A stretch of 64,000 nucleotides of DNA, taken from Clostridia bacterium. Its GTDB lineage: Bacteria; Bacillota; Clostridia; Saccharofermentanales; UBA5734. Shown one piece after another: positions 62,662 to 64,000 of the stretch; position 1 is the stretch's first letter, and each line of letters starts with the position of its first letter. The DNA is taken from contig JAXGXQ010000001.1 in NCBI GenBank assembly GCA_040772685.1, positions 639,324 through 703,323 on the forward strand, read 5' to 3'. Under the pieces are notes generated by a model that did not search any database, was not told the DNA's origin, and saw only the letters and a program-made list of their open reading frames with translations. Both the position numbers and the translations under genes were made by a program.

Positions 62662-63770
62662 GCATCAACCAGAAACGTCTAATCAACACCTTTAAGCAGT
62701 TGGTAGCGATTGACAGCATTTCCCGCGCGGAACGGGAAATGGGCGATTATGTCACGCAGCAGCTGCAGGAACTTGGCCTGGAAGTACAGGAAGACAGCGC
62801 CGGCGAACTTATCGGCGGCAATTGCGGCAATATCTACGGATTTTTGCCGGGGGATCCGCAAAAGGAGCCACTGTTATTTTGTGTTCATCTGGATACTGTG
62901 GAACCGGGAAAAGGCAAGCAGGCACTCGTTGGTGCTGATGGTGTAATTCGCAGTAAAGGCGACACAGTGCTTGGTGCCGATGACGCCACCGGTGTTGCCG
63001 CTGTTCTGGAGGCGCTGCGGGCAATTCAGGAAAACGCCCTCCCCCACCGGCCGCTCGAGGTTTTGTTTACTGTCGCCGAAGAAATTTACTGCAAAGGCAT
63101 TGAGCAGTTCAATTTCTCCCGGTTACGCTCACGTCAGGCTTATGTGCTCGACTTAACCGGCCCGCTGGGAACCGCCGCCCTCAGAGCACCCACGATCCTC
63201 ACATTCACCGTCTCTGTCCGCGGTCGTTCCGCGCATGCGGGCTTTGCGCCCGAACAAGGTGTCCATGCCATCGCCGCTGCTGCAGCTGCTATCAGTGAAC
63301 TGCGGCTGGGCCGGATTGATCCTGATACTACCTTGAATATTGGTTTGGTTGAAGGCGGCCGGGCTACAAATATTATCCCTGACAGTTGCCTGGTCACCGG
63401 TGAAGTGCGCAGCCTGTCGCATCTCAAAGCTCTAAGCACGGCAGAAACAGTCCGCAACATATTCCGCAAAGAAGCTCAAAGTTTTGGTGCGGAAATTGAA
63501 TTCAATACCGAAATTCAATCTTTGGCTTATGCTACCGCTCCCAGCCACCCTGTTGTCAGCCGCTTTGAATCGGTCTGCCAGCAGCTGGGGCTGGAAACGG
63601 TTTTAGTCGATACCTTTGGCGGCAGCGACAACAACAGCCTGGCACAGCGTGGCATTACAGGCATAGTCATTGCTAACGCCATGCACGAATGCCACTCAAC
63701 CTCTGAATACACCACGATTGATGAGCTGACAGGAATTGCCGGCATTACGCTGGCTTTAATGACTGATTAA
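62658..63770 (+). CDS. M20/M25/M40 family metallopeptidase (peptidase T-like tripeptidase)
   Basis: VHLDTV, GADDATGVAA, FTVAEE, GRSAHAG, plus C-terminal EYT. Confidence 0.8.
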   Translation: MSINQKRLINTFKQLVAIDSISRAEREMGDYVTQQLQELGLEVQEDSAGELIGGNCGNIYGFLPGDPQKEPLLFCVHLDTVEPGKGKQALVGADGVIRSKGDTVLGADDATGVAAVLEALRAIQENALPHRPLEVLFTVAEEIYCKGIEQFNFSRLRSRQAYVLDLTGPLGTAALRAPTILTFTVSVRGRSAHAGFAPEQGVHAIAAAAAAISELRLGRIDPDTTLNIGLVEGGRATNIIPDSCLVTGEVRSLSHLKALSTAETVRNIFRKEAQSFGAEIEFNTEIQSLAYATAPSHPVVSRFESVCQQLGLETVLVDTFGGSDNNSLAQRGITGIVIANAMHECHSTSEYTTIDELTGIAGITLALMTD

Positions 63771-63810
63771 CCAGCGTCATTACTACCAGTCGTAACTACC
63801 ATAAAGTTGC

Positions 63811-64000
63811 TTATGTCGCCGGATCTGTTGCCGGTTTGGCAGCCGGCTTATTTGATGCGTTTGGCTTAGTTGCATCTGTAGGTTCGGTCGGCGCTGTCGG
63901 CGTTGTCGGCGCTGTTGTCGGCAAAGGCGGGCCAACCTCAATTATTCCCTGAATTGCCCGGTAAGTACTAACGGCTACCAGCTCTTTCTCGAAGGTTTTA
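63811..64000 (-). CDS. 3' end of an unidentified gene (start beyond the window) with Pro/Thr/Ala-rich C-terminal tail
   Basis: The minus-strand frame is open from 63999 to TAA at 63811-63813: KTFEKELVAVSTYRAIQGIIEVGPPLPTTAPTTPTAPTEPTDATKPNASNKPAAKPATDPAT*. It is absent from the ORF track because it has no start codon in the window. Confidence 0.5.
   Translation of the reverse strand, partial: KTFEKELVAVSTYRAIQGIIEVGPPLPTTAPTTPTAPTEPTDATKPNASNKPAAKPATDPAT

Noticed and set aside
1-64000. Search for mobile elements, prophage, defence or toxin-antitoxin systems, CRISPR, rRNA/tRNA, and Sec/Pyl recoding
   Set aside because: I found no transposase, integrase, recombinase, terminal inverted repeats, tRNA-like cloverleaf or repeat-spacer array. 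I found no nuclease/ATPase/RT/SIR2/TIR-like ORF and no gene interrupted by an in-frame TGA or TAG. The catabolic island therefore has no visible mobility hallmarks. A true negative requires tRNAscan, Rfam and defence-system HMM scans.

Overview
This is a 64-kb chromosomal segment of about 50% GC (judged by eye). It looks like an anaerobic, spore-forming Firmicute: AGGAGG-type ribosome-binding sites, a GerW/DUF2953 sporulation pair, a CcdA/TlpA thiol-disulfide pair, rubrerythrins and Wood-Ljungdahl methyl-branch enzymes. I can support about 58 protein-coding genes, about a dozen intrinsic terminators and several promoter/operator candidates. I found no rRNA, tRNA, CRISPR array, transposase, integrase, prophage or recognisable defence genes. 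Gene order: livMGF tail; a LarA-N/DUF2088-like gene; a polar amino-acid ABC transporter; a TIM-barrel/Zn-ADH/RidA/DinB string; an orphan REC-SARP regulator; a URO-D family methyltransferase, a ferritin-like protein and an IlvD/Edd dehydratase; an M24 peptidase; cardiolipin synthase; ccdA/tlpA; a GntR-associated catabolic island (2-hydroxyacid DH, split transketolase, TctC-A-B, HpcH aldolase, SDR, GntR, second TctC); YdbS/YdbT-like PH-domain pair; rubrerythrin; a solitary carB; GlgX; a CAP lipoprotein; MATE; a C1 operon (MeTr, MetF-like, EtfB, EtfA, Fhs, FchA, FolD); Ldh_2 oxidoreductase; TcdA; acyl-CoA ligase; several unknowns; PAS-GGDEF; an ECF S component; the sporulation pair; PAP2; M20 peptidase. 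Two observations stand out. (1) A divergent MTHFR-like gene is packed within 10-12 nt of a bifurcating-type etfBA pair inside the methyl-branch operon, with no MetV, Hdr or Rnf partner, so it is a candidate Etf-dependent methylene-THF reductase. (2) Three promoters in the catabolic island share an identical architecture: -35, 17 nt, -10, 11 nt, then a 12-bp palindrome CTG(G/A)TATA(C/T)CAG. Together with the TTT transporter, split transketolase, aldolase and duplicated binding protein, this points to an uncharacterised carboxylate/sugar-acid pathway. All function calls rest on motif recognition by eye. No database search or computation was run.
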